The notes: generated from the letters alone by a model not told the origin. 64,000 bases of DNA from Myxococcota bacterium (GCA_039028615.1 JBCCHT010000035.1:72016-136015); one strand, 5' to 3'. Positions 38,097-50,200 are shown, counted from the first letter of the stretch. A program made the numbers and translations.

Positions 38097-39098
38097 ATGC
38101 TCGACACCTCCGCCCGCTTGCTCCGCCTGCTGTCGCTGCTGCAAGCGCGACGCTTCTGGACGGGCGCCGAGCTGGCGGAACGACTGGAGGTGACGCAGCG
38201 AACCGTGCGTCGCGACGTGGATCGACTGCGCACACTCGGCTACCCGGTGTCATCCAGCGTGGGCGTCGCGGGCGGGTACCAGCTCGACGTGGGGGCGACC
38301 CTCCCTCCCCTGCTCCTCGACGACGACGAGGCGTTGGCCATCGCCATCGGGTTGCGGACGGCTGCGACGAGCACGGTCAGCGGCACGGAGGCGGCGGCCG
38401 TGCGCGCGCTGGTCAAGCTCGAGCGCATCCTCCCGCCTCGGCTCCGACGGCGGTTCCGCACCATGCGAAACGCCGTGGTCCCGCTGCATGCTGGAGCACC
38501 ACAGGTCGACGCCGCGCTGCTCACCACGCTGGCGGGGGCCAGTCGGGACCATGAAACGGTTCGCTTCCGGTATCTCGACCGTCAGGCGAAGAGTACCCGT
38601 CGTCGCGTCGAGCCCCACGGGTTGGTGCACACGGGTTCGCGTTGGTACCTGGTCGCGTACGACCTCGAGCGGGAGGACTGGCGCACGTTCCGGGTCGATC
38701 GCGTCGACGGCAAAGCGGTGGTCGGCGAGCGCTTCAGGCCGCGCCCGCTGCCCGACGGGGATGTTGCCGCGTTCGTGTCACGTTCCATCGGCCCGGGCAC
38801 GTACGCGCATCAGGCCCGCGTGCTCATCCACGCGCCGCTCGAGCACGTCGCGGCGAAGCTGCATCCTTCTGCCGGGGAGTTGACTGCCGTCAGCAAACGG
38901 CGGTGCCTGCTCGAATCGGGGGCAAACTCGCTGCCTGGGCTTGCGTTGTATGTCGCGTCGCTCGGCGAGGACTTCACCGTTCAGAGTCCACCGCAGCTCG
39001 CCGAGGAAGTTACTGCGCTCGCCGAGCGCTTGTCGCGGGCAGCGGCTCGTACACGACCGTCTGCAGGGCCGACCTCAGGTCGAACTAACCGTGGGTAG
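38097..39098 (+). CDS. YafY-family HTH-WYL transcriptional regulator
   Basis: ELAERLEVTQRTVRRDVDRLR.LGYP, GGYQL, RWYLVAYD..REDWRTFRVDR. Confidence 0.93.
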   Translation: MLDTSARLLRLLSLLQARRFWTGAELAERLEVTQRTVRRDVDRLRTLGYPVSSSVGVAGGYQLDVGATLPPLLLDDDEALAIAIGLRTAATSTVSGTEAAAVRALVKLERILPPRLRRRFRTMRNAVVPLHAGAPQVDAALLTTLAGASRDHETVRFRYLDRQAKSTRRRVEPHGLVHTGSRWYLVAYDLEREDWRTFRVDRVDGKAVVGERFRPRPLPDGDVAAFVSRSIGPGTYAHQARVLIHAPLEHVAAKLHPSAGELTAVSKRRCLLESGANSLPGLALYVASLGEDFTVQSPPQLAEEVTALAERLSRAAARTRPSAGPTSGRTNRG

Positions 39099-39101
39099 CG
39101 C

Positions 39102-39890
39102 TCAGGACGAGAAGTCATAGAGTCCTCGAACCCGCTGGGCGTCCTCACCGGTCACGGTCCGTCGCTGCCCCCGGTAACAAGGGAACATCAGCGCGCCCTC
39201 CACCGAGCTATGCTCCAATCCCAAGCAGTGGCCAATCTCGTGGGCAGCCACGGTCACGAGATCGAACTTGCCGTCAGGAACGGGCAAATCAATCGTCCAG
39301 TCTCTGGCGTCGTCGAAGTGAATTCGAGCGGGCTGGGTCACGGTCGTCGCAGGAATGAGCGAATGGGCGAGGTCGCCGTCTCTGCCACCGAAAGGAAATC
39401 CATCTCCATGCGAGCCAGTCTCGAAGCCGATCCAGATATCGGGCTCTTCGTGCAGTTCTCGCTTCTCGAAGGTGAAGGGCGACGCGTCAGCCCACAAGCG
39501 AAATGCCTCCTCGATGGCATCATCCACCATGTCACTGGAAATTGAGTGCGACGGTTCCGTAATCGCGTAGCTGACCGTAGAGTGGAACCAAACCCGTTCG
39601 TCGGCCCTCGCATTTAGCAGATCGTGGTTGCCGCAGCGTGGCGCCGACATCCGCTCAACCGTTACGTCATCGAGCACCCCCGTGGCCGGCAACGCGTTCC
39701 GCTGCTGGTACACGCGCAGCGCTTTCTCGACATCTGGCTCACGAAACCCTTGGGTGCTCGAGTGCCCGCTGCCGCCTCCAGAGCGCTCTAGGTAGCCGTA
39801 CCGCACGAGAAACGTGCAGACATCGGGTTCCAGCAGCCCCGCCGGCTCACGGTCAACAGAACCGGGGGCTCTAGATCTCTGTTTCGACAT
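39102..39890 (-). CDS. Matrixin (M10A, MMP-like) metalloprotease with PG-binding-like prodomain
   Basis: FL.RYGYL, YQ..N.LP.TG.LD..T, cysteine switch PRCGNHD, HGDG.PF, AAHEIGHCLGLEHS, ALMFP. Start uncertain. Confidence 0.9.
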   Translation of the reverse strand: MSKQRSRAPGSVDREPAGLLEPDVCTFLVRYGYLERSGGGSGHSSTQGFREPDVEKALRVYQQRNALPATGVLDDVTVERMSAPRCGNHDLLNARADERVWFHSTVSYAITEPSHSISSDMVDDAIEEAFRLWADASPFTFEKRELHEEPDIWIGFETGSHGDGFPFGGRDGDLAHSLIPATTVTQPARIHFDDARDWTIDLPVPDGKFDLVTVAAHEIGHCLGLEHSSVEGALMFPCYRGQRRTVTGEDAQRVRGLYDFSS

Positions 39891-40031
39891 CGCAGTCGGT
39901 TGGTGACCGAGCCACTCGATTCCGTCACGCAAAATGGAAAGGAAAAGGGCAACGGATCCAGGCCCCCTCGTCACCACCCCTTCCGAGGGTCGAGATACCA
40001 GCGGCCCAGAATGCCGAGGAGTGGTGGTCTG

Positions 40032-42464
40032 ATGATGATCCAACGAACCTTTTTGCCCTTGACCACCGCACTATTGGCGGTGGCACTGGCGTCTCCCGCC
40101 GCTGCACATGCAAACCTGGCCGACGATTCCAATGCCTCGACTGACACAGACGGGGCGAAGCCGCAGGCAGCAAAGTCCGCCGCGCAACGCCGCCATGACC
40201 AATACGTCGAGGCCGTTCAAAAACGCATATCGGACCTCAAGGTCTCGATCGCGGACATTGAAGATGGCCCTGGGCATTTTTCGAAAAAAATCACCGAGAT
40301 CGAGAAAGAGCGGGAGCAAATCGACGAGACCAGAGGAACACAAGCCGAGCGCGCCAAGCAGAAGGCGAAGATCGATGAACAACTGAAGCGACTCGAGTCT
40401 AACAAAGAGCAGGCAGAACAGAAATCAAAGGCGTGGTCGAAAATCAAGAGTGACTTCATGAAACGGCCCGTCCTTGCATTGACGGCCTGTGCTTCATGCG
40501 AGCTGAACGCGGTCGGACACGCGTGGATCCTCGCGGACCGCCAGGAGCTCAACAAGCAACTCGAAGAAGCCGAGCTGCAGTTCCGAAAAGACGTCACCGG
40601 GCCGGATAGGCCCATCAAGGGACCTGGCCAGGTACTCGCATCCACTGCTGCTGCCTTCGGATCATCACTCACGGCTTCAATCACTTCGTTCATCGACCCC
40701 CTCTCGGAAGCCGCCACCAAGGCCATCAAGCGACGTCTCCAGCGTGAGGCAGTCCTCGCCCTCGTCGATCGTCTCACGAACGAGATGTGCGGGGACGACG
40801 ACACCAAGAACCTGATGCCATCCACGTGCTCCTTGACGAGCGAAGAAGCCCTGCACCATGCCGCTTCGGGCACAGCGCAGCTCGACATCGTGCGCGCCGC
40901 CGTACGGGCGGATCTGAAGCGTTTGCCGGCCAGTGACGCCGTTGTCTCCGATGGGCTCATTGCATCGGAGGCCCACGCGTCGACTCGCAAGACCCTGGTG
41001 GAAGGCCTCCAACGGGGGGAATCGCCCATGATCTTGCTCCGCGACGTCGCAGCTCGGCTCCACGAGGAGAAGTCGTTGCACGCCTGCGTCGTCGACCTCG
41101 GCCCGAGGGCCATGGGCTACGCGGACGCGCTGGGTAGCGTCGAAGACGAGACTGCCGTCGCGGCGGCGTTCATCGCAGCATCGGTCACATCGCCCATCTG
41201 CAACCCGGACCGAGCCCGCGGCGTCACCCGCTGGCTCGCTCACTACCCCACGCTCGAAACGATGGCCACCTCTTGGAGGATCGCAAAGGGAGCGGACGCC
41301 AACTACCGCCAGTCGATCGAACGGATCACGAAGCCTACGCCAGTCACTCCGTCGCCCAGCGGAAACAGCGGAAATGACACGGACGGCGGGGGCAACGAGA
41401 ACAAGAAGGGCGACGACAACAAGGGCGACAACGACAAGGGCGACGACGACAAGGGCGACGACAACAAGGGCGACGACGACGAAAAGAAGCGGGCGCAGGA
41501 CCACGCGAGAGCTTCGATCCGCTTCGCTCACGCTCTGGTGGGCGTCAGCATCGCCAGCGCCGAACTTCCACCCGACGCGAAGAATTTGCTGGGCCTGATC
41601 AAGACCGGCTCGAAGCTCAAAGAAGGCGAAGGCCCTTGTGAGGACAAGAAACTCTCCGAAGGCAGAGTCTCCTGTAGTAGCAACGAAACGGACTCCAAGG
41701 GGCTCCGTGCACTGGACCGCAGAATCCGCCTGGTGGAGTCCACCGTCAATGAAGACTGGCTGCGCGTCGTCACCGAAACCTTGGAGGAACTCCCCTCTCA
41801 GAAACCCGATCCATACGCGGGATTCCGTCGGTTCTCGGGCACGCTGACCGCTATCGCTGCGGAACGAGATCAGAAAGAAGTGTTCCAGGCTGTCAGCGCA
41901 GCCGCACTCCCGGCTGCCAGCTGGAGGATCAAACAACGCGCCGACTCATTCACCGCCTCCATTGGCACTCATGTCGGCTTCACCGCAGGCTACGAGCTTC
42001 GCTTCGGCACCTACGGTGCGACCCACAACTTTGGACGAGGGGCAGTCGTGGCCCCCACGCTATTTGCCCCCATCGGTCTCGATCTCGCATGGAAGCGGAA
42101 GAAGAGCACGTGGGGCTTGTTCTTACCCGCGGTGGATCCGGCCGCGTTCCTCCAGTACGACGCAAGCGAGGACGGACGGCTTCCTGGACCACGAGTGACC
42201 ACAGCACTCTCACCGGGTCTGGCCGCCCGAGTTTCTCTCGGAGAAAGCCCGCTCTCGCTGATGGTCTACGGGGTCGTTCGACCTCAACTCCGCACGCGGG
42301 AGGCGACCGTCTCTGGGCCCGGAGCAACGGCGATTCAGTTTGGTGCCGCAATTACTTGGGATATCCCGCTCCACATCTTCCGAAGCAAGACCCGTGGGCG
42401 CCCCTTTAGCAAGGCCAACCGCGAGGCGCGTCGGCGGCAACGCCGAATTAAACGATCGAAATAA
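40032..42464 (+). CDS. Secreted hypothetical protein with coiled coil and probable C-terminal outer-membrane beta-barrel
   Basis: Signal peptide ending AAAHA, Lys/Glu-rich coiled coil, alternating-hydrophobic strands ending FGAAITWDIPL. GAGGAG RBS. Confidence 0.7.
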   Translation: MMIQRTFLPLTTALLAVALASPAAAHANLADDSNASTDTDGAKPQAAKSAAQRRHDQYVEAVQKRISDLKVSIADIEDGPGHFSKKITEIEKEREQIDETRGTQAERAKQKAKIDEQLKRLESNKEQAEQKSKAWSKIKSDFMKRPVLALTACASCELNAVGHAWILADRQELNKQLEEAELQFRKDVTGPDRPIKGPGQVLASTAAAFGSSLTASITSFIDPLSEAATKAIKRRLQREAVLALVDRLTNEMCGDDDTKNLMPSTCSLTSEEALHHAASGTAQLDIVRAAVRADLKRLPASDAVVSDGLIASEAHASTRKTLVEGLQRGESPMILLRDVAARLHEEKSLHACVVDLGPRAMGYADALGSVEDETAVAAAFIAASVTSPICNPDRARGVTRWLAHYPTLETMATSWRIAKGADANYRQSIERITKPTPVTPSPSGNSGNDTDGGGNENKKGDDNKGDNDKGDDDKGDDNKGDDDEKKRAQDHARASIRFAHALVGVSIASAELPPDAKNLLGLIKTGSKLKEGEGPCEDKKLSEGRVSCSSNETDSKGLRALDRRIRLVESTVNEDWLRVVTETLEELPSQKPDPYAGFRRFSGTLTAIAAERDQKEVFQAVSAAALPAASWRIKQRADSFTASIGTHVGFTAGYELRFGTYGATHNFGRGAVVAPTLFAPIGLDLAWKRKKSTWGLFLPAVDPAAFLQYDASEDGRLPGPRVTTALSPGLAARVSLGESPLSLMVYGVVRPQLRTREATVSGPGATAIQFGAAITWDIPLHIFRSKTRGRPFSKANREARRRQRRIKRSK
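41406..41480 (+). repeat. 5 x 15-bp tandem repeat encoding KGD[DN][DN]
   Basis: aagggcgac(g/a)ac(a/g)ac repeated five times, in frame. Confidence 0.9.
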
Positions 42465-42482
42465 GGAACCGAGGAAAAGTAG

Positions 42483-43337
<855 letters not shown>

Positions 43338-43415
43338 GACGCCGGATCTTCGACACGTATCGGAAGTACGCGCGTAGCCGGCGCCCGCAACCGCCGCGGC
43401 GGCTTCTAGGTCCCG

Positions 43416-46400
43416 CTACTCGGCGGGCGAGGCAGCAGCCCCGCCCTCGGGCCGCGGCCCGGCCAGCGCAGGCCACGGCTTCGGCTCCCGCCACTGCTCC
43501 AGCAAGATCGCCAGCTCGATCCGCGGCTCTTCCCCCCGCCGCACCGCAGCGAGATTGTCCCGCGCCAACCCCAACGAAGGCTCACTCGGCCCGAGCTCTC
43601 GCTCCAAGTACGTCAGCGCCCGCGCATACGCAGCCTTCGCCTCGTCATCCTTGCCCACTCGCCGCAGCACGGTGCCGAAGTTCGTGAGCGCACGAACCAT
43701 CGCAGCCCACCCGGGATCATGCTCCTCCCACAGCTCGATCGCCTCGCGAAGCTTCGCCTCGGCCTCCGCCAGCCGCCCCTGCTCGGCGAGCAACAACCCG
43801 AGGTTGTGCCGCGCCATCGAGACGTCTCGCGACATCGCGATCGACCCCGTGCTCCACCCCTCGATCGCCTTCAGGTACTCGGCCTCGGCTTCTTCGTAGC
43901 GCCCCTGCATGTGGAAGATCTGTCCGAGGTAGTGGCGCGACTGGGCGACCTCGGGATGGTCGGCACCGAGCGCCTCGACCCGAACGCCCATGGCCTCGCG
44001 ATGCTTGGCAATCGACTCCTCGAAGCGCTGGAGCCGAGCCAGGGCGTTGCCGAGGCCGGTGAGGCCATGGGCGCGCATGGAGTGGCGCCGCCCCATCGCG
44101 CGCTCGAGGACCGCGGCGGCCTGCGTTTGCTGCTCCACGGCCTCTTCGAATCGCCCCTCGGCTTCGAGCAAATTCCCGAGCGCGTTGTGGGCCCGGCCGA
44201 CCTCCACGGTGTCGGGGCCCAGACCGTTGCGAAACCCCTCGAGGGCGGCGCGGAGGTGAAACTCGCCTTCTTCGTGATCGAGCATTCGGCCCAGGGCGTA
44301 GCGCGTGCGCACGACCTGGGGATGGTCGGGGCCGAGCTGCCGCTCCAAGATGGCCAGCGCGCGACGCTGATGACCGACGCCCTCTTCGTAGGCCCAGGGC
44401 ACTTCGCCGAGCGCTCCGCCGAGGTCACGCAGCACGGCCGCGACGCGCAGGTCGTCGGGTCCGTAGAGCTCTTCGCGAATCTCCAGCACGCGGCGGTGCT
44501 CGGCGGCGGACTCCTCGAAACGCCACTGCCAGGCGTTGAGGTACCCGAGGATTTCATGCACGGCGGCGCGCGCCTCGGGGTCGTCCTTGGACAAGCCCAT
44601 CGCAGCGGGTCGGTACTGGCGAGCGACGTCGAACTTCTGCTGGCCGAGGCCCACCACGAGCATGAGACCCCGAAGCGCTCGCCCCATGAGCGGCCATTGC
44701 TTCCACTCCGCGGCCGATTCCTCGGCACGCTGGAAGGCGACGACCGCATCGTCGTAGTTGCCGAGCGCGTTTTGGACGTGCCCTTCGGCGAGGGATAGTT
44801 CGGTCTCGATCGGGCCGTAGTCGACGTCGGCGACCAGGGCACGAGCGGCCTCGACCTTGCCCAGCGCCAAGGAGGCTCGGCTGACCTCGAGGTGGGTGTA
44901 CGCCTCGACGAGGCGGGCCCGGGCTTGCTCGACGACGGGCGCGACTTCGGGAGGGGGCGGCTCGACGTCCTTCTTGAGGGTGGAGACGTCGGCACAGCGC
45001 GCGATGGGCCGCAGGCGCCCGACGATGTCACCCGCCACCTCGACCACCTGTCCGTCCGCAGAGGCGAGGACCTCGACGACCGCCCCCAGATCGACGCGCG
45101 CGTCGTTGAGGCACGCCATGCGTAGATCCATCACTTCCTCGGATTGCTCGCCGCGGATGGTGGTGGCCTCGCAGGCGTCGGTGTACATGGTGGCCCACGC
45201 GTCGCCGTAGTCGTCGAGGGCGAGCTCGGTGTCCTGCCAGACGCGCGCCGCGAAGGGGAAGCCGGTGCCGAGGATTGAAGTCTTCACCTCGGTGCGCGAC
45301 TGTTCGTCCCAGACGCCGTGGAGTCGCTCGGCGCCTCCGGTGCACGGCTCGGTGCGGGCCTGAAGCCAGCCGGAAAGCGACAGCGACACGGCGGCCACGG
45401 CCGCCGCGGCCCCCATGCCGAGCCAGACACGGTGCCGAGTCGGCTTGGGCGTGAGGGCATCGAGCAGCGCCCGCATGGATGGCCACCGCTCGGCGGGCTC
45501 GGCCGCGAGCCCGCGCACGACGGCATTGCGGACCCACGAAGGCACTTTGGAGCTCGGCGGAGCAGAGCGGCGTCGACCCGACCGCACGGCGTCGACGAGC
45601 TCGGACGAGGAGACCCCAGGGAAGGGACGCTCGCCGTAGAGCCCTTCCCATAGCGACACGGACAGCGAGAACTGATCGGCGGCGGCATCGACGGTGGCGC
45701 TCTCGAATTGCTCGGGGGCCATATAGGCCGGCGTGCCCAGCAGTCGCCCCGTGCGGGTGAGGTGCAGCTCTTGTTCGGGGGTGAGCGAGCCGCGAGGGCC
45801 ACGCTCGACGTCTCGGCCGAGCCCCGCCTGCCGCACGAGGCCGAAGTCGACGACCTTCACCACCACTCGACCGCCTTGCTCCTGGACCATGGCGTTTTGC
45901 GGCTTGAAATCGCGATGGATCAGCCCGGCATCGTGGGCCGCACACAGCCCCTCGGCGGCTTGGCGGTAGGCATCGAGGATCTCCGGCCAGGGACGGTCTT
46001 GCTGCCAGTCTTCGAGGGTGCCGCCCTGGATGAACTCCATGGCGATGTACGTCTGGCCGTGATCTCGACCGACCTCGTACACCTGCACGACATTCGGATG
46101 AGCCAGCTTGGCCAGGCCTTTGGCCTCGCGTTCGAAGCGATGATCGCCCGACCCCGCCAGCTCGCGGTGCAGTCGCTTGATCGCCACGCGACGGTCGAGC
46201 TGCTCGTCGTAGGCGGAGAAGACCTCGCCCATGCCACCCGCCCCGAGCCGCTGCAGGATCTGAAAGCGACCGACCCGAGGCAGCTCACGAGATTGCCCGA
46301 ACAACGACCCGAAGAGGCGGGCACGAATGGCCTGGGCCTCGATGTCGGGGGCGCGCTCGCTGGGGGACACCGTCTTCGATGCCGCCCAGTCGGACGCGCC

Positions 46401-46424
46401 TTGCTCGTCGAGCGTCTGCTTCAC
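43416..46424 (-). CDS. Transmembrane Ser/Thr protein kinase with TPR repeats; paralog of 13266-16250
   Basis: LGAGGMGEV, VAIK, HRDFKPQN, DFGL, GTPAYMAPE, TM helix, LGPDHP TPRs. Confidence 0.93.
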   Translation of the reverse strand: MKQTLDEQGASDWAASKTVSPSERAPDIEAQAIRARLFGSLFGQSRELPRVGRFQILQRLGAGGMGEVFSAYDEQLDRRVAIKRLHRELAGSGDHRFEREAKGLAKLAHPNVVQVYEVGRDHGQTYIAMEFIQGGTLEDWQQDRPWPEILDAYRQAAEGLCAAHDAGLIHRDFKPQNAMVQEQGGRVVVKVVDFGLVRQAGLGRDVERGPRGSLTPEQELHLTRTGRLLGTPAYMAPEQFESATVDAAADQFSLSVSLWEGLYGERPFPGVSSSELVDAVRSGRRRSAPPSSKVPSWVRNAVVRGLAAEPAERWPSMRALLDALTPKPTRHRVWLGMGAAAAVAAVSLSLSGWLQARTEPCTGGAERLHGVWDEQSRTEVKTSILGTGFPFAARVWQDTELALDDYGDAWATMYTDACEATTIRGEQSEEVMDLRMACLNDARVDLGAVVEVLASADGQVVEVAGDIVGRLRPIARCADVSTLKKDVEPPPPEVAPVVEQARARLVEAYTHLEVSRASLALGKVEAARALVADVDYGPIETELSLAEGHVQNALGNYDDAVVAFQRAEESAAEWKQWPLMGRALRGLMLVVGLGQQKFDVARQYRPAAMGLSKDDPEARAAVHEILGYLNAWQWRFEESAAEHRRVLEIREELYGPDDLRVAAVLRDLGGALGEVPWAYEEGVGHQRRALAILERQLGPDHPQVVRTRYALGRMLDHEEGEFHLRAALEGFRNGLGPDTVEVGRAHNALGNLLEAEGRFEEAVEQQTQAAAVLERAMGRRHSMRAHGLTGLGNALARLQRFEESIAKHREAMGVRVEALGADHPEVAQSRHYLGQIFHMQGRYEEAEAEYLKAIEGWSTGSIAMSRDVSMARHNLGLLLAEQGRLAEAEAKLREAIELWEEHDPGWAAMVRALTNFGTVLRRVGKDDEAKAAYARALTYLERELGPSEPSLGLARDNLAAVRRGEEPRIELAILLEQWREPKPWPALAGPRPEGGAAASPAE

Positions 46425-46587
46425 TCCGTGGTTCCCGGCTTGCCTTCCCGGGAGATTTACACATTATCCGCCCGCGAGCAGCCAGCTCGGTCGCCTGCGG
46501 CCCCGTCGCGGTGAGCGCACGCACCCGCCTTTTTTGGCCGCCCGCATCGACGAGAACAGATTGATCCGTAGAGTACTCTGAGACTCC

Positions 46588-47211
46588 GTGACCGCCGACG
46601 AGGAACTCTACCGCGCCTGGTGCAACGGCGACCGCGAGGCGGGGGCGCAGCTGTTCGAACGGTACTTCACGACCGTCCTGCGTTTCTTCCGAAACAAGGT
46701 TCCCGACGGCACGGAAGACCTGGTGCAGCAGACCTTCCTCGCGTGCCTGGAGAGCCGGGGGCGCTTCGCCGCTCGCGGACACTTCCGCGCCTTCCTGCTC
46801 GGCATCGCGAAGAACCTTCTGTACCGCCGCTATCGCGCCAAGGCGTCCGATCGGGAGACGGACCTGGGCAGTCTGTCCGTGATGCAGCTGGCTCCAGGCA
46901 TGAGCACCGCGCTGCATGAACGCAACGAGCACCGCCTGCTGCTCGACGGCCTGCGGGCGCTCCCGCTCGACGAGCAAGTGGTGCTCGAGCTGTACTTCTG
47001 GGAGCGCATGACGGCCGGTGAGATCGCCACTGCGCTCGACGAACCGGAGGGCACCATCCGCACGCGGATCCGTCGGGCCAAGCAGCGGCTGAGCAAGGCC
47101 GTGCCTCGCCTCGCTCGCGCCACGCCCAACCTCAGCCGAGAGCCGGCCGACCTCGAGCGCTGGGCCGAGTCCGTGCGCGAGGCGTGGGCCGACGATGCGC
47201 TCGGGGCCTGA
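46588..47211 (+). CDS. ECF sigma-70 factor, divergent from the kinase
   Basis: EDLVQQTFL, FRAFLLGIAKN, LP...Q.VLEL.FW...T..EIA..L..P.GTIRTRI.RA. Confidence 0.9.
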   Translation: MTADEELYRAWCNGDREAGAQLFERYFTTVLRFFRNKVPDGTEDLVQQTFLACLESRGRFAARGHFRAFLLGIAKNLLYRRYRAKASDRETDLGSLSVMQLAPGMSTALHERNEHRLLLDGLRALPLDEQVVLELYFWERMTAGEIATALDEPEGTIRTRIRRAKQRLSKAVPRLARATPNLSREPADLERWAESVREAWADDALGA

Positions 47212-47223
47212 GCGGCCGCTCGC

Positions 47224-50200
47224 CTAGCGCCCGCAGTCGGGCTCGTCGACGGGGCGGAAGACCATGACCCCGACCGGGAAGGCGCCGCCGCTGAACCGCA
47301 GCACGGCGACGACCTCGGACGCGTTGTTGATCGTGGCGCGCGGACCCTGCTCGAGGGTCCCCATGCTGTTGCCGAAGTCGTCGATCGACTGAGGTGTCTG
47401 CGACAAGCCCGGCAAGACGTCCAGCGGCCGCCCGGTTCGCGCCATCTCCCACGCGCGCGCGGGCATGCCGTCGTCTTCGGGCGGCGTGTCGACGAAGATC
47501 AGCGATTGCGCTCCGCCGTCGCCGTGAACGAGCGCCGCAAACTGACCGGAGCCGCTCACCGCCACCGATGCGAGGCGCTGGATGGCGCCCGTGGGTGGCT
47601 CGGCGCTCTGCCAATCCAGCGCATCGAAGGCCATGCCCTCCCACAGCACGGGACGCGGCAATCCATCGGCGGCGCCCTCGATGAGCAGCGCTTCCCCGTC
47701 ACCCACGATGGACGGCCCGGAGAGCCGACCGCGGAGGTAGACCTCCCCCTGGGCATCGATGGTCATGTTGCGTTGGTTGTCGTCGGTGAGCCCGACGAAC
47801 GTGGTGTCCGGGAGCCCTTCGACCCCGCCGCCCGTGGTCGCGATGCGTCGTAGATCGCCCACCGTGCCCGTGAACACGGCACTCCCCGTCTCGGAGAAGC
47901 CGTTGCCGAGCCGACCGAGGAAAGCGAGGGGCGTCTCGCCCACCGGGCTCGGCCATTCCGACGGATAGCCGATGGCAACCGGTTCGAAGGCGGAGACGGG
48001 CGAGAAGAACACGTCACCGTCGCCCGCATCCTCGCCCTCGCGAACGACGAGCTGTCGCGGAAAGTCGGTGGTGCCGATGTACAGCATCGCGTTGGTGGAC
48101 GCTTCGATCCCCGGGCCGCCATCGATCGAGGGAAACACGATCTGCCCCGCGGAGTTCGACTCGCCCCGTCCCACGTAGCCGTGAATCTGCACCCCGGGCG
48201 GGTTGGTGACGCAGTTGACGGTATTGCCATCGGCGGGACACCCCTCGATGGCGTACGGCACCCGGATCGGAGCCCGCACGGCGGGGTCGTGGCGGAAGGC
48301 CCACAGCCCCCGTTCGTCGAGCGAAGGATTCTCGGGCCAGGCCGCGGTCAGCTGGGCCAACGCCCCATGCCCGGTGGTGGCCAGCGGCCCCCCGCTGGAG
48401 CTGCCCCAGTCGCCGCCAAAGCCCGTAAACGCCAAGTCAGCCACGATGGGACCGCTGAGGCGGGTGATGCCGCTGAAGTCCCCGCGCGTCGCTGCGACCT
48501 CCATGACCAGCTCGCCCGAGACCTCGGGGCTCTCGAGCAACAAGGAGCTGCTGGGCTCCCCGCGGTCGAGATGCGACACGGTGTACCCCACCCGGCCGCA
48601 CTCGGTGAGCGCATAGCTCCCGAGGGCCGCGCTGCCGTCGTCGACGATCGACTCGACTCCGGGCACGGCGGCGCCCTCCCGCACGAATCGATGGTGAACC
48701 CCATCGCGCTCGACGAACCCGGCATCGTCGCTGGCAGTGTCGTTGCCCGCAACGCCGCGGTACGACACTTGGCCGAAGCGGTCGATGCCCGGCTGAAAAA
48801 GATCGGAGATCGTCTCGCCATCGAAGCCCGGCGCTTCATCGCCGCTCGCCGCCACCAGTCGATACTCGACCTTGGCCTCCGGGTGCCACTCGAAGCGCTC
48901 CTCGACGACCGAGGTCGACAGGCACAGGCCGCAGGTGAACGACTCCGCGGGGCACCGGTCGCACGCATCGCCGTAGCCGTCGCCATCGAAGTCGAGCTGC
49001 AGGGCATTGTAGTGCGAGGGGCAGTTGTCGATGATGTCCATCAGGCCATCGCCATCCTGGTCTCCGGCGATCGGGGCTCCGCCGCACGCATTGGGCCCGC
49101 CCGGCGGAGCCGGCTCGCATGCGCAGGTACTCGGGTTGCACGCGTCTGCGCCGTCGCATCGGCCTCCTTCGTCGCACTCGGCCCCCGCCGCCACGTCGCA
49201 GGTGCACTGGCAGGTGTCGGCGTCGCAGCTCGTCGGCCCCTCGCAGGTCGTGGTGGCATCGCAGGTCGCCCCATCGGCCCCGGCCACACAGACGTGGTCT
49301 TCGTCGTCGGAGCACTGGGGGCGGTTCAACGCGACGGTGCCCGGTTTGACCTTCTCCGGTGCCCCGTGGACGATCTGCGGGCGGGTGTCTCCGCGCAGGG
49401 CCATGACGTCCAGCGCCTGCGCCTCGGCAAACGCTTCATCGACCAGCGCCTCCCAAAACCCGGTCCCGTTTTCGGCGGCCTCCTCCGCGATGCGCTGCCG
49501 CTGCCCGGCCACGGTGATGAGTTCCTGCATCGCCGTGCACAACGAGCTGGTGAACTCCGAGCCCTCGTCGTTGGGGTTGGGGTCGTCCGCCGGATCGAGG
49601 TCGCCGTAGGCGGTGGTCGTATCGTCGGTGGCACTCACGGCCACGTCGGCCACGCATGTCAGCGAGTCCAACATCCCGCCCGAGTGACTCCCGTTGAACA
49701 CGAGGATGATCTCCACATCGGGGTCGAACGCGGACAGCCAGTCCGCCAGGGTACGCTCTTCGACCCAACCGATCGCGGTGCTGCCGAGCCCGGTGGGGGC
49801 CCCATGCCCGCCCACGTACACAAAGATCGTCTCGCCCGGCATGGTCACCGAGGCCTGCAGCTCGAACCAGGTCGCGATGGAGAGGTAGTCGTTGGTGCCG
49901 TCGATCCCCGGATCGCCGAGGACTCCAAAGTACGTCGCCTGGAAGCCGCCGACCTCCAGCGCGGACTTCATGGCCTGCGCATCGTCCCGGCCCGTCGCGC
50001 GCATCGGCTCTCCCGTACGCCACCCGTCGATGACCAAGGCCCGGCCCCGCGTGCCGCCGCAGGTCACGTCCTCGGCAACGGGATCGGCCGACGACACGAG
50101 CGTGGCACTGCGCGGAGTCAGCTCGCCCGAGTGGTAGACCCAGTGCTCCTCGTTCCAGTACTGCTCTTCCGTCGCCCAGGGGTGCTCGCCGTCCACCTGC

